A stretch of 64,000 nt of DNA from Lytechinus pictus (taxonomy: Eukaryota): positions 21,330,001-21,394,000 of the forward strand of contig NC_087251.1 of NCBI RefSeq assembly GCF_037042905.1, in the 5' to 3' direction. The notes below the pieces were generated by a model. The model was given only the letters and a program-made list of their open reading frames with translations. It had not been told where the DNA came from and ran no database searches. This document shows, in pieces, positions 50,517 to 63,015 of the stretch. A program made the translations under genes and the position numbers. The stretch's first letter is position 1. Each line of letters starts with the position of its first letter.

Positions 50517-51978
50517 CTATTGTGGCGAAAAATAAATTTAAAAAAGAATAAATCCTCAAAATCATGAGTTTATCGTTCCAATCTTCTGAGTTTCGTTCAG
50601 GTCGGGTTTCCTTTTCTAAGGAAATTATCAAATTGCTTTAACTTTTTTTTCTTCCGTGGACCCACATATTATGTTCATCGGCGTGTATATCACAAACCGG
50701 GATCACAAACAAATCGTTTCACCTGCATTAAATGACAATGTTTTCTCTTAATAGCAGTGTTCACTCTTATAATACAAGAAGTTCTTCTAAATTCCATGTT
50801 GGTAAAGTCAATAAAGTGTTTATGTTACTATCCATAAGGCACTCAGGCCCATCTTTATTGGAGCTCCCTTCCCTCATCCATTCTTGTTTCACCTTCTCCA
50901 AATGAATTTTTAAAAAGACTCAAATTATATCTTTTTTATCTCACGATTTGGATTGTTGATTATTTGAACAAGATCCTTGCTTTGTATTTGTAATGTATTT
51001 ATATGTATTTCTATGCATTTGAATGTGTATTTCAGTGTATTTATATGTAGGCCTATTCCAATTGCTTCTAATATTCCTTTCTCAAAAAAATGTTTTAAAT
51101 TCTTTAATTCTTCGACTTTCTCTCGTAGGATTACTGCCTCGACAAAAACTCAATTTTTTGCAGTATTCCTCAATTCCATCCTTTTCTTGACTTGATATCT
51201 CTGTTCATCATTTTATGTATTGTAAGCATGTCCTGAGCATGTTTACATGTATATCTTTATAATGTCTTTCTTTTGTATTGATAATCTGTTATTATGCCCA
51301 CGTGTATTTTTTTGTACATTTCTTTTCATCAGAATTGAAAAGAAATGAGTGGAAAAATAATAATTTGCATGTACCACATTTTTTTCGCACTGCAGATTGC
51401 GCTTTGGGGGCACCTTTTCCTGTATTTGTGTGTATTTGTTTCTGAATGAACCACTATATAACTCGATATTTGTAATGCGTATACCGTACCCATTTGAAGA
51501 AAATAATGAGGGAGATAACGCTCTGCATGTATCAATTAATTATATCTTGTCGCTGAAACATTTGCTCATTCTTTGAAATCATCTAATATTACAAATCTTT
51601 CCTTTTCAGTTTTCTTGCTTGAGAGCAGTTGCGGGACATAAGAGGGCAGATGCGGAAGCCCCAATAAACAAACAGAAAAAAGGGGCACATAAAGAGGGGT
51701 TATAGAAGAAACAATGATAAAGGTAATAGATAATAAAGAGAGGGCTTGGTCCTGGAACTATAAAAGACAAAGTTGATGACTTATTTTCATGACAAAAATA
51801 GTGTCACCTGTTAGTCACCCCCCATACTTCGCTCCCTCACTGTCTGAAGGATGATTGAACAGGAGAGAGGGATATATTATTGGAAAGGGAGGGAGAGAAA
51901 TAGGCAGTCACGGAGAGGGGTGGAGGAAGGGCGAAGAAAACAAAAGACGTACATACAGAAAAAAGAAAATTGTCTTAC

Positions 51979-52152
51979 GTCTGTTTGTTGTTCGATGCAG
52001 TCTTTGAATCGCCTGTCGAGGTCGTCTTCGAGCTGTCCAAGATCACTGATGCGGGTACTGAGACTCTCATACTGCTCCTGTAGCTTTAGGGAACTCAATT
52101 CTTCCAAGTAATCCTTCCGGTGCTCACTCAGATCTTGCTCGTATTTACTTAT
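51979..52152 (-). CDS. Coiled-coil/CaaX gene, coding exon 2 (ISKYEQDL...EQQTD)
   Basis: TTTTTCAG acceptor, GAC|GTAAG donor, 174 bp, phase 0-0. Confidence 0.88.
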
Positions 52153-52537
52153 CTGAAAAATAAAACAGATATCAATTAATCCACGTTTATTGCCAGATGA
52201 AACACTTAAGGGGCACCTTGCACAGATCTAGGGACACATGCCTGCCCCCCCCCCCCCCCGATTAAAAATAAATAAACATTTGAATATAGATATGGAAAGG
52301 CTTGAAATAATCGTCAAAAACTTTGTTCTAAAATTATTGTGACGCATTGTCGGAACAAACAAAAATACTGGATATTATATACAATTAATGAACAAAACTT
52401 TTTAACAAAATCAGAGCTGTATCAGCTGATGGTTGAGATGTTTCAATAAAATCTATTCTAATCCAAATACATGTACATAGTAAACCAAAAGCTGTAATGT
52501 AGAATGAGACTAAAAACCAAATATACAGAAAACGTAC

Positions 52538-53368
52538 CTCTTCTTGGAATTTAGTCCTGGTTTCATCTAATCTTTTCTTTAGCATCTCTTTTTCAATTCT
52601 GTACTGTGATTTTTGCCTCTCCAGTTGCCGATTCATGCGATCTGTCTTCTTGCTGTCACTTGTATCCTGCTGCTTCTTGATGTTCGCAAATTGTCCCTGG
52701 ACGGCATTACTTTCTTTGGTCTTTGACACATCCAAATCGGTTGTAACCGGATGGTTATTTGAGCTTGTGGATGTGATATCCTTCTTTTCTTCAGTATGAA
52801 CAGCATGTTTCACTGAGTCACTCTGACTATCTTCTATGGGAACATTATCATTATATTCAGTTCTACCTTCACTGGGACATTCTGCATGTTTAGTGTCAAT
52901 TCCAGATGCATGCTGAATGGTCTCTTCAGTTGGAGTTACCTGGGAAACTTCCCCAACGACTGTCGAATCGTTTAAGGAATTGCCCAGGCTAAGTCCCGAA
53001 TCATCTCCCGAAACAGTGTCTTTGGGTGAATGTTTGTGATGACGGGCCTTCGATCGTTTCTTTCTAATGGAGGAGGATACCACGATGTTTTCATTACTTT
53101 CAGAGCTGTCTTCTCCGGATCCATCATGTCCTCCGCTGGTCGCTCCATGTTCAGAGTTAGGTTCACCTTCAGGATTGCTTCGACTTCGATGACGATGTCT
53201 TTTCTTTTTACGATGTTGACTGTTGTTCCTTTCGCTTTCGGTATTATCTCCGACTGGCATCGCCCTAGTAGAACTGCTCGTGTCACATACATAGTCTTGA
53301 CATGGTTCAGTTGAGTTGATATCCATTTCATGATAATTTATAACGGTTTTTGCAGGATTCCCCATCAT
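52538..53368 (-). CDS. Coiled-coil/CaaX gene, coding exon 1 (277 aa; disordered, with basic His/Arg/Lys patches)
   Basis: Long ORF whose first in-frame ATG (53368) follows an in-frame TGA. Acceptor TTGCAG lies before 53505; donor GAG|GTACGT, phase 0. Confidence 0.8.
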
Positions 53369-55901
53369 GATTGTTCCATCCCTCAAATCAGCTATAGGAC
53401 TACAGGGTCAAGAAGAGTGTTGACGATTTTGCCGAACACCATGATGTATAATAGTGTACATGTAGAACTTCTTCAAAGTGAACCATCTGGTATCTCCCGA
53501 GATTCCTGCAACAATTCAAAGTACAGTTTAATGTAAATTGTAGTCATGGAAGTAATGTTTTTCTTTGTTTTTGTTTTTTGCAAAACATGCATACATAGTG
53601 ATTATCTGATATTATTGATTGGACTGTTTGGAATGAAACTTTATTCGACGAAAATTCGTGAAACAAATTCCAACAATTATTATTGATAAATGTTCTCATT
53701 AGACTTTGCACCACATAAAACTGAAGAAACAAGTGTTACTAGTTCATAGGCAATTTGAAAAAATAGAATGAATTTAAAAGAAGTCTAATAATATCCCCTC
53801 AAAATCAATTCAGGAAACACATGCTTGGAGCACTTGATATGGCCGCAGGCAAAATTTTAGTTACTGGTTTTTATCTCTTTGAGTTGCCAACTTTGTTTAT
53901 ATTCCGCTTATGTTTATAATCGAATGTGAATGGTTGTATTCCACCCTCTTTCAGTTTCGACCTTCCAATGTTGAGCAGCCCCTTCTCTTCTCACTCGTAT
54001 TACCATTCTCGCCTTCCTGCTCTCTTTCTCTTCCTAACAGCTCCCCTGTCTTTATAATATCATTCTGTCTCTCTCCCTCTTTCTCTCACTTTCTCCCTCT
54101 CACTCACTCCAAATCTGTTGTATCGCCAATGCACTACATTTCATGATATACTTTTATTGTATGAACAATTATATTAACTGAAGTGGCTATCCTGATGAAA
54201 TAAAACTGGAAATGAATAAATAAAAAATAAATAAATAAACAAATATATTAATCCGGACGCGTAATCGTTATTGACATCAATTCCTTTATATCTCCCAGGG
54301 GGTTGTGAAATCGTTTGAGGCCACTACTCGGAATGAGGTTCGTTGATCAGAAAAAATGATATAAAAACGACCCTTTTTTCATGATACATAATAGATTAAT
54401 TTACCTCTGTTCGTAAACACAAAAATTGTAAAATATAAAAGGAATTCCTATATGAAGTTTTTTTTCTATGCACTGGCCGATGTAGGAGGTAGGGATGGGT
54501 ACGTGAATATCACAGATGTTGTGACTCACCGAGTGTTCCATATGTTGCAAATAAAAATGATTTACTCCATTTAAACCAAATAAAAATCATATTGTAACCT
54601 TTGATCTTTGTTTATTGGAAATTGTTTCGTTGCTGGTCAAATTTCAAGATCAAAATGTCCTATATATAGCAGACATCCAACGCCATATCTAAATGACGTA
54701 CGGACAGCAAACAAATCCACTGTCATAAACTTGCATACACGGTCGACCTCTACTAGCATAATAGGCCTATGTGAATATATTATTGTGGCTTGTGAAATTA
54801 AAATTAACTAGATAAGAATAACAGTCTAGATGCTGGGTCAATTTATCAATTTGCCTTTTCAATCAACAGTACATTATGATCATCTTTGTGCATTGCAGAT
54901 GTAATAACAAGGAATAAAAACAGAAATTAAATGGGACACAATGCCCCCATAATATTCTATGTTAATAGTGAAATATGCATCATTGGGAAATGCATAGATC
55001 AGGCCCATCATGATTTTTCGAATCACGAGTTATGAAACATTTAATATCTATATAGATGTATGGTACAGGGTTTAAGGGTATAATCATGGACTAAACAACA
55101 TAATCCCTTTACTTAATTATCTTCCACTGGCTGTTATGTATATCACAATAACCTTAACTGAAGGAGGCATAAGCTCGAACAAAAAAGAAGAAGGAGAAGA
55201 AGAAGAAGAAACAATATCTAAATCACACTTTTTGCAACTATACAATGAAGTCTGTATTGACTTTAATCTTTCAGACAAAATTTGACGGTGCTTAATTTTT
55301 CTGTGTAGGACCTACATAGTCAATTAGTCAATTATCCGCTTACCTTTCTACATTGGACCACGATTCCGTTCGTTTATCATCTGAATAAAATAGAAATATC
55401 CCATATCTCCACATGTCATCTAAAATCAATGCAACATTATCTTTCGCATGAACAGCTAGCGATGGATGTCACTTTTAAATGAAATATAATATATCATGCT
55501 GCTTATTGTCCAATGTATTTTTAGGTTCTTCAAAAGCAATCGATGTTCGCGTATACACAAACTACACAGCACACGCATTGGTTTTATTTTGTTCCATGCT
55601 AATTAGCATGATAAGAGGAGGTTGCTAAGCGTCCCCGCAGCTTTTAGAGTCAACGGGGCGTGAGGTAAATATAGTAAAGGTTTGCGATCTTGTGCACTGG
55701 ACTGTGCCCGGTGGCTGTGCCTTTTCATGCTTTCAATCCTGCATTTTTTATATCGGTCAGTTCAGATGGCAGGGGGAAAAGAAAATCTTTGGTCTAAAAA
55801 GAGAGATGTTTTCGCAGTGCCTATTATCATGATAGGATTATATATATGTTTGTGGATATAACTAAGCCCGCGAAATATTAAAGAAATCCAACCGAGTCCG
55901 T

Positions 55902-56147
55902 CAGGGCCCTGGGAACGATTTTTGACTGGGGGTGCGCTCAGTGATGTCAATTTGACAAGCAAAGAAAAGGTTTCACTACAAAATGGAGGTCATTTTCGTT
56001 CCGAGCAATTTCACAAGCAAAATATGAAGATAATTGTTACATTTCTCCATTTTGTCACATCTTCAAGAATTCATGGGGGTGTTGCCAATGGAATATAATA
56101 AACACAGCATCCCCATGCATGCAGCACTCCCGCTTCCCAGAGCCATG
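55902..56147. mobile_element. hAT-type MITE
   Basis: CAGGGCCCTGGGAA / TTCCCAGAGCCATG; TSD GAGTCCGT / GAATCCGT (one mismatch). Confidence 0.7.
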
Positions 56148-57009
56148 GAATCCGTCCATAAGCATTGGCTGCACTTTTTTGTTTATTGTTCTTTTTAAAA
56201 TAATTTCAACGCTATCATTGTCAATCATATAGCTTAAAGCTTTTATCAAAGCAAACTTTCCCTTTTCTCTGCAGTCCCCCCAAAATAGCTAGTTTACAAT
56301 CATTAGCATGGGTTTTCAAATTATACTGGAATTTTGTGCTAGGAAAAAATTCACAACATTGGTTACTTTGCTTATCATCGAGTGCTAGTTGAAGAACTCG
56401 ATTAGTTTCAATGACAGTTTGTGTTAGTTTTACAGGGGTTCATAATCTGTCATTAAAAAAAAGTGTTAACATTAGTTGTGTTATCAAAACTGTTATATTT
56501 GACTAATTGTCATACATGGAAACCCGCAGAGGTGTTGTTTTCATAGTGAAAACTTGGATGTAGCACAGGTCTGACTTCCTTTCTCTATAAAACCCTTTTG
56601 AAAGGTCAAGTCCTACCCCAACAAGCTCAACAAATAAAGAATAACTAGACAAGCGTTCCATCGAAAATGTTGACCCTCAAAATCGAATTTTGAATATGAA
56701 AGTTTGGGCATTTATTTTCTCAAATTACATAAAACAGTTATACACACATCCTAATCGTTATCGGGAACCAATGATATCACCGTCGGTTTCTTTTGTATTA
56801 TTTTTATGATATGAAATATCAATATTTGATGATAAATTGGATCCTCATCACATCATAGTACATTATAATAATGAAGATAATACATGTTTTCATGAGGAAT
56901 CAAGCCCGGAATCCAGTCAAGTTTTAAATTATTCCCTATAGTGTTAGTGTGCATAACTGTTTATTTAGACACTCATCGAATGTTATTAATGAGATATGTA
57001 TTTCACAAT

Positions 57010-57700
57010 TTACCTCCATGTCAAACATTGCTTAAACATTCCATTTTCGGGTCAATATATATTTCAAGAAGTAACTCGCGATTCGCGCTGGCATTCTGTT
57101 TCGCATCCCGCTCATGATTTCAAAAAGCGCTCAAAATAAAATGTCCTGCGTTTGGGTACGGTAAAAAAAAAAAATCAGCTCGCGTTGCGCACCCGCATTT
57201 CATTTAGAGAGGTTCGTATCAAATTCCTGAATTCTTACTAACATTCTTTTAGACGCCTCTTTTTCATGTCAATACAAAAATATTTTAAAAAATTGGCTCG
57301 CGCTTCACGCTCGCTTTGGAAGTGCTATACCGTTTGAGGTGTTATACCACAAATTTTCAGCTCGCGCTGCGAGATATAACACATTTTATTCAGGTGTGAA
57401 CATAAAACAAAAATTCAGCTCTCTCTTTGCCTCTCGCATTGTTTGATAATCTTATTAATGTGTCACTGCAAACAGTCCTTAAAATTTGTTGTTATGTTTT
57501 GTCAATATGTAAAAACTTTAGCTCGCGCTACTCGCTTGCATTGATTGTTGCAGCTAAATACCATATTGTTCATGATTACAAAAAGAGTGTTTCATTATTC
57601 ACACATGAAATACGAACAAAAGAGTGTTTCATTTTTCACACATGAAATATGAACACAAAAAAACATGCATCAGCTCGCGCTTTGCGTTCACACGGTTCAG
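57010..57700. mobile_element. Decayed internal fragment of the GCTCGCGCTTCGCGCTCGC-motif family
   Basis: Repeated AAAATTTTCAGCTCGCGC-like motifs; no termini. Confidence 0.6.
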
Positions 57701-58011
57701 TTAAGTCGTATGAGATGCATTACATTGCTTGTAATGATAAATTACTAGTAAATGTGTACTAAAATCTTTCGTCTTAACCCTGGTCTTAACTCCCCCTCCT
57801 TTAAAAAAATTGCTGTTGTCCAACCTCGGAGATAAGCATTCGTGGATGCATACCACAAGTCAGTGATTACTAAGTTTTTTATTTATTTATTCATTCATTC
57901 ATTTATTTATTTATAAGTCTTGTTTAGTAGGGTGGCTCAACCGCGTAGCCAGGATTTTATTTTGGAGGGGGCGGTAAACATGGTAAATGCACGCGAAGTG
58001 TGCCAACTCTT

Positions 58012-58176
58012 ATACCTTGGTCACATTTGATCTACGGCGGCCGTACGGCGAGTCGAAAATATCCGTTTTATTAATTTTAATTCAAACCACCTATATGTAG
58101 TTGGTACACAAAATGTTAAAATGGCTGTTTTCGACTCGCCGTACGGCCGCCGTAGAACAAATGTGACCAAGGTATT
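58012..58176. mobile_element. Hairpin MITE (PIF/Harbinger-like size and ends)
   Basis: ATACCTTGGTCACATTTG..CTACGGCGGCCGTACGGCGAGTCGAAAA is mirrored almost exactly. Confidence 0.8.
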
Positions 58177-58822
58177 ACAGAGCTAGAGCCGCGAAGCGAG
58201 CTCCCTAGGGTGGGTGCAGGGAACGGAAGTATCCCCCCTCCCGCGCGAAGCGGGAAGCTTTCGATGTTTCATAAATTAAAATGAAAAGTAGCCGTCTCTC
58301 TTGTCTCTTGTACCCATATCAGCTCCGATTCAGTTGACTTTATTGTGTGATTTTGAACCTTGTTTTCAAAAGTTATTGTGAAGGCACAAAAAGAGATAAA
58401 ATGGAGCTAGGAATTAAAATGATGATTTCTCCGCGCAAAGCGCGGAAGTTAAAGCGTTTTATTTTTTTAATTTCCTTTGTCGGGTGAAGGTGGGTTTTGA
58501 ACAATGACAGGCCGCCATTCCTCGGCTGGATCAAAGGTATTGCCTTGATACAGTACACGTATGGGAGAAAGTATACAAATACATGTACAACATGTTGTGT
58601 GATATTATGTGAAAGAAATGGATGAAGAGAACAATGGTAGGCGTAGCTTAAATCAAGGTTCCCCTGAGCTACCCTTTGGAAAAATTGGTGATGCCGAAAA
58701 AATGGCGGCTTGTCATTGTTCAAAACCCACCTTCACCCGACAAAGGAAATTATAATTGGTATGTGTCGACAATCTGTCTATCTGACGGTCAATCTGATCG
58801 GGGTCGCCCTAGCCACTAACCC

Positions 58823-58887
58823 GTCTCTGTGGTCTAGTGGTTAAGGCACCGGTGTTTAAAGCTGGGGTTCGATTCCCAGCAGAGACA
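58823..58887 (+). pseudogene. tRNA-like sequence (pseudo-tRNA or retroposon head)
   Basis: 7-bp acceptor stem GTCTCTG/CAGAGAC, A box TGGTCTAGTGGTTA and B box GGTTCGATTCC. It is only ~65 nt, with the variable region missing. Confidence 0.7.
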
Positions 58888-59213
58888 TTTTTTCGGCATC
58901 ACCAATTTTTCCAAAGGGTAGATAGCTCTGGGGAACCTTGATTTAAGCTACGCCTACCATTATTCTCTTCATCCATTTCTTTCACACTATATATATATAT
59001 ATATATATATAAATTTAGAGCGAGAGTGAAGTAAATTTAGTTTCGTTAAGGTAATGATTCTTTTGAGAAAAAAAATGAGAATAAAGATTAAAAAAACCCA
59101 ACAAAGCTATACCTTTTTTCCTTTTCTCCTCTCTTTTTTCCCTCCTTTTCTTTTTCTTTTTGGGGACGTTTGGGGGTGACCGCCCCCTGGCTACGCGCCA
59201 GGGGTGGCTCCAG

Positions 59214-60932
59214 GGTGCCGGGTAAAAATGGCAGAGGTAAAAATGGCAAAGGTAAAAATGGCAGAGGTAAAAATGGCAGAGGTAAAAATGGCAGAGGTAA
59301 AAATGGCAGAGGTAATAATGGCAGAGGTAAAAATGGCAGAGGTAAAAATGGCAGAGGTAAAAATGGCAGAGGTAAAAATGGCAGAGGTAATAATGGCAGA
59401 GGTAAAAATGGCAGAGGTAAAAATGGCAGAGGTAATTGATAATGGCACAGGCAAAAATGACAGAGGTAAAGATAGATCAGCAAGGAAAAGATATAGCCTT
59501 TCTATTAATATCAGTCATAATTATTGACCTTGAATGGACTCCTATATCGACAAAATGAGTATTATGAACTGATGAGATATTATTCGGATTTTTTTTTCAT
59601 CATTTTAGGTCTATACTTTATCGTTATTATGATTAAACTCAAACATTTTCATGCCAAAATGATTTCAATTAGTGAGTGATGAAAGGATTTATCTTGGCCA
59701 CTTCATATAGTAGAACAGCACTTCATCACATACCTACCAAACGAATTGTAATGTAAACACCAATGTGCGCTACCATTAAGACACTGAAATAGACGATTTC
59801 GGGATTTCTTTGAACCACTTGCATAACTTGGATAACAGAAAAATAACAAAACGTTCTGTAATAAAAGTAATTTTTCATATTTCAACATAACATAATGGAT
59901 CCGAATAGATATTGATATGATACGTATATAGTTTAATGTAAATGATATAATAATAGCAACTATATAGTGTTCATTTTTTTCAGAGTAATACCTCATTGCA
60001 GCTAGTCAAAGTGGATATCAGGTTCCTTAACTAGTTTCTATGGTAACGGACCCAACGGATACCGCATGAATTTTGAAATGTATAGCGAATCAGGGATTTA
60101 AATTTATAGGTGTTTCTTAGGTACCATTCTATCGACCTGTTTTGAAGGGGAAATTCACCCTGACGATTGGTTTACTGTAAAAATAGCAGTAAAAATATAA
60201 TGGTGAAGGTTTGCGGAAAACCCATCAAAGATTAAGAAAGTTATTAGAAGTTTGAGTTTTTGACCTGTGACGTCATATACTAGTAACTACCCCGTATATT
60301 ATGCACCAAAATGTCTCCTTTTCAATTTTTTTAATCAGTGGTTCATGATTGCTAAAAAAATCTTTTAGGAGCGGATGTGAAATTATTTGTATGTTAATAT
60401 ACTTAAGGTACAATTAGAACCATTTTCTTTTTTGGGGGAAATTTCATTGATATTTTTTATTACACCATATATGGGGAGAACTGCTCGCAAATGAAGTCCC
60501 CATTAACATGTAAAATTTGAGTAGCTTTTTTAATCTTTGATGGATTCCCTAAAACCCTCACAAATATCATTTTAATAAACTTTATGTCAGTGTGAATTTC
60601 CCCTGTAATGAATTAAGTACAATATTTGGGATCGAAAGTGTTCTTCAAATTTGAATATTAGATGAGCGATTTGACATGAGAAGGTCGTGCATGTAATTCC
60701 AGGAAAAAAATAAGAAATACCAACTCAAGTGTTATCATTTTTAACTCAGCCATTTTCACCTCTGTCATTATAACCGCTGCTATTTATTCCCCTGCCATTT
60801 TTACCTTTGCCATTTTTACCTTTGCCATTTTTACCTCTGCCGTTTTTACCTTTGCCATTTTTACCTCTGCCATTTTTACCTTTGCCATTTTTACCTCTGC
60901 CATTTTTACCTCTGCCATTTTTACACCGAGCC
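59214..60932. mobile_element. Foldback element with inverted arrays of the 15-mer GGTAAAAATGGCAGA
   Basis: Forward array at 59221-59470 and reverse array at ~60750-60925. A TTAA-type MITE-like insert lies at ~60146-60604. Confidence 0.85.
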
Positions 60933-61332
60933 GATTCCAGCAGTAATTGGCATACTGTTTTCCTTGGAGGCCCTATATACAACAAAAATACAAGCATAAC
61001 AAACAATATTATGAAAAGGGTATATGTAAAGTTAGACAAACAAACAAGGAAAAGAACACGAAATAATGTTTGAGATATGCACGCATTTCTTTAGCCGGGG
61101 TTCGGTAGAATATTTCTCGTGTGTGAAAAGTAAAAAAAATAGTAATAGTACGGGGTTACCGATAGCAGGTACGTACGGGGTAAAAAAAAAAACTAGTGTA
61201 AGAAAATTAAAAGCTTATCAGTGATTTTATACCTTATACCATAGAGATGTATACTAATAACATCTCTATGTTTTATACCAACGACAGTTTTTCTTTTTCA
61301 ACTTTTGAAAATGTTCTACCATAGAAAGTACA

Positions 61333-63015
61333 CATGGGTATACGGGACGCGCATACCGAACACATGTCATGGTTCATGGCAACGAACGTAGAGGGCAGCA
61401 ACACACAAGCGTGTTGCTATTAGGAAGGTCCACTCGATACGCGCATACAAATGAAGTGCGCGAACAATTTGGTAGTCATGCCAACGAAACCATGATCAGA
61501 TACAATACACTCACGGAGTGACAGCAAAATAGAGGTAAACTAATAGATTATGACAATAGTAGATTAAAACAATGAAAACAAAAAATACATAAAAAATTGA
61601 ATAATAATGTACCACATTCTTAAAATAATATATCACTTAATTATTGTCACAATTTTTCTGTACATCTTCAGTAAAACAGGATTAAATTCTGTCATAAATA
61701 AACCAGTCTGCTAATTTCACCCGGATTTAGCCAAGTCATTTTGTGACCACCGAAAACCTCTCAGAGCACTTTTTTAGTAGATTGTAGAGTTGATTTATTT
61801 TCATTTCCTCTTTATCATTATTTTTGCTTGAAATGTTTTTACATCAAATATCATGCTTAAAAATATGAAATACTTGTTCCTGTATTTTTCATAAAATATT
61901 ACATGGTGGTGACAACAGTTTTATGACTTTGCATATCAATATGATAACAAGTATACGTGAGGTTGATACGTCTTCATCTAAATTTCGCTGCACCATAATG
62001 CGCCTACACAATCCAGCACCGCCTCTTGAGTATACAAGCGCCATGGCTGGCATGACCTCGCCGGCGCCCCGGGCCGGTCGGTGCTGAGGTAGGGTACGGT
62101 GGGCTGCATGCATATGCTAACACAAATTTTTGTAAAATTATAGAATTAAAATAGTAGATGTGACATAGACCTTCGCCCCTTGATAGTTCGTCTCAATTCA
62201 AGACCCGTCGGAATATACATAGCTCGATACTGAACCAGATAATTTCTGTCTAATATTATGTCTAACGTTAGACTGGGACTTGGCTTTGCTGTTTAGTGGT
62301 CGTATTCGATCCTGCCTGATGGATTGCAAAATGTGGGTTGGATTTGTGGATATAGCATAATTATTTTAGATTTTCAGACTACAATCTGCACTGTAAGTGA
62401 AAATTAAAATTCTAACCTTGAATATTTATCGTTACTCATCCGCCATAGTGCCACATCAATGACAGACCAAGTCTATATCTTTCAAGTCCATATCTAGCTA
62501 AGTCGAGTCGCGTCGAGATTATTATGCCAGTGCAGTGAGCATTATCATTCACACAGCGCAGTACGCGCATCGAGGTACAGGTGACCGGGGAAGTTTCGGC
62601 GCGGCCAGACCGGTACATCACGGTCTTGGCTCTGACGTTAGCTTGTGTAGATTTGGTAGGGGCAGCGAAATGAAGCAGAGGAACGGTAACACAAATGTCA
62701 TCAGTCTTTGTATTTTTATTGCTTTGTAAACTACAAGAATCATGATTACCTTTTGTCTTACAATTTTTAAAAAATACAAATATGCTAAAATAATATTATT
62801 TAACATAATTTCTTGGAGATTTTATTATCAATAAAAAATAGTAAAATTGAACAAACGAAAAAAAATCAACTCTACAATCTTCCAAAAAAGTGCTCTGGGA
62901 GAAAATGGTCACAAAATCTGAGCGGAGTGGACCTTCCTAAAAGCAATACTGCAAAGTGTTGCTGCCCTCTACGTTCGTTGGTTCATGGATATACGCGTGA
63001 TGGGTTACCTGCATG
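61333..63015. mobile_element. Non-autonomous DNA element with imperfect ~100-bp TIRs
   Basis: CAACGAACGTAGAGGGCAGCAACAC (61380) is mirrored exactly at ~62956-62980, and GGAAGGTCCACTC is mirrored at ~62925. The outer limits are approximate. Confidence 0.7.

Larger units (their letters stand above)
57938..59201. mobile_element. Non-autonomous hAT-type element with nested insertions
   Basis: CAACCGCGTAGCCAGG / CCTGGCTACGCGCCAG; exact 8-bp TSD GGGTGGCT (57930-57937, 59202-59209). Confidence 0.85.

Noticed and set aside
58823..58887. Functional tRNA gene
   Set aside because: It is too short, the variable region is missing, the anticodon arm is irregular, and it is embedded in a repeat.
59088..61073. 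Repetitive ORFs (GKNGR, KMAEV, LPLPF, TSAIF) as collagen-like or antifreeze-like proteins
   Set aside because: They are translations of a 15-bp DNA repeat that is open in several frames on both strands and forms the arms of a foldback element.
61238..61272. Tiny hairpin CATAGAGATGT..ACATCTCTATG as a terminator or ncRNA
   Set aside because: It is more simply a minimal MITE remnant, and nothing supports a function.
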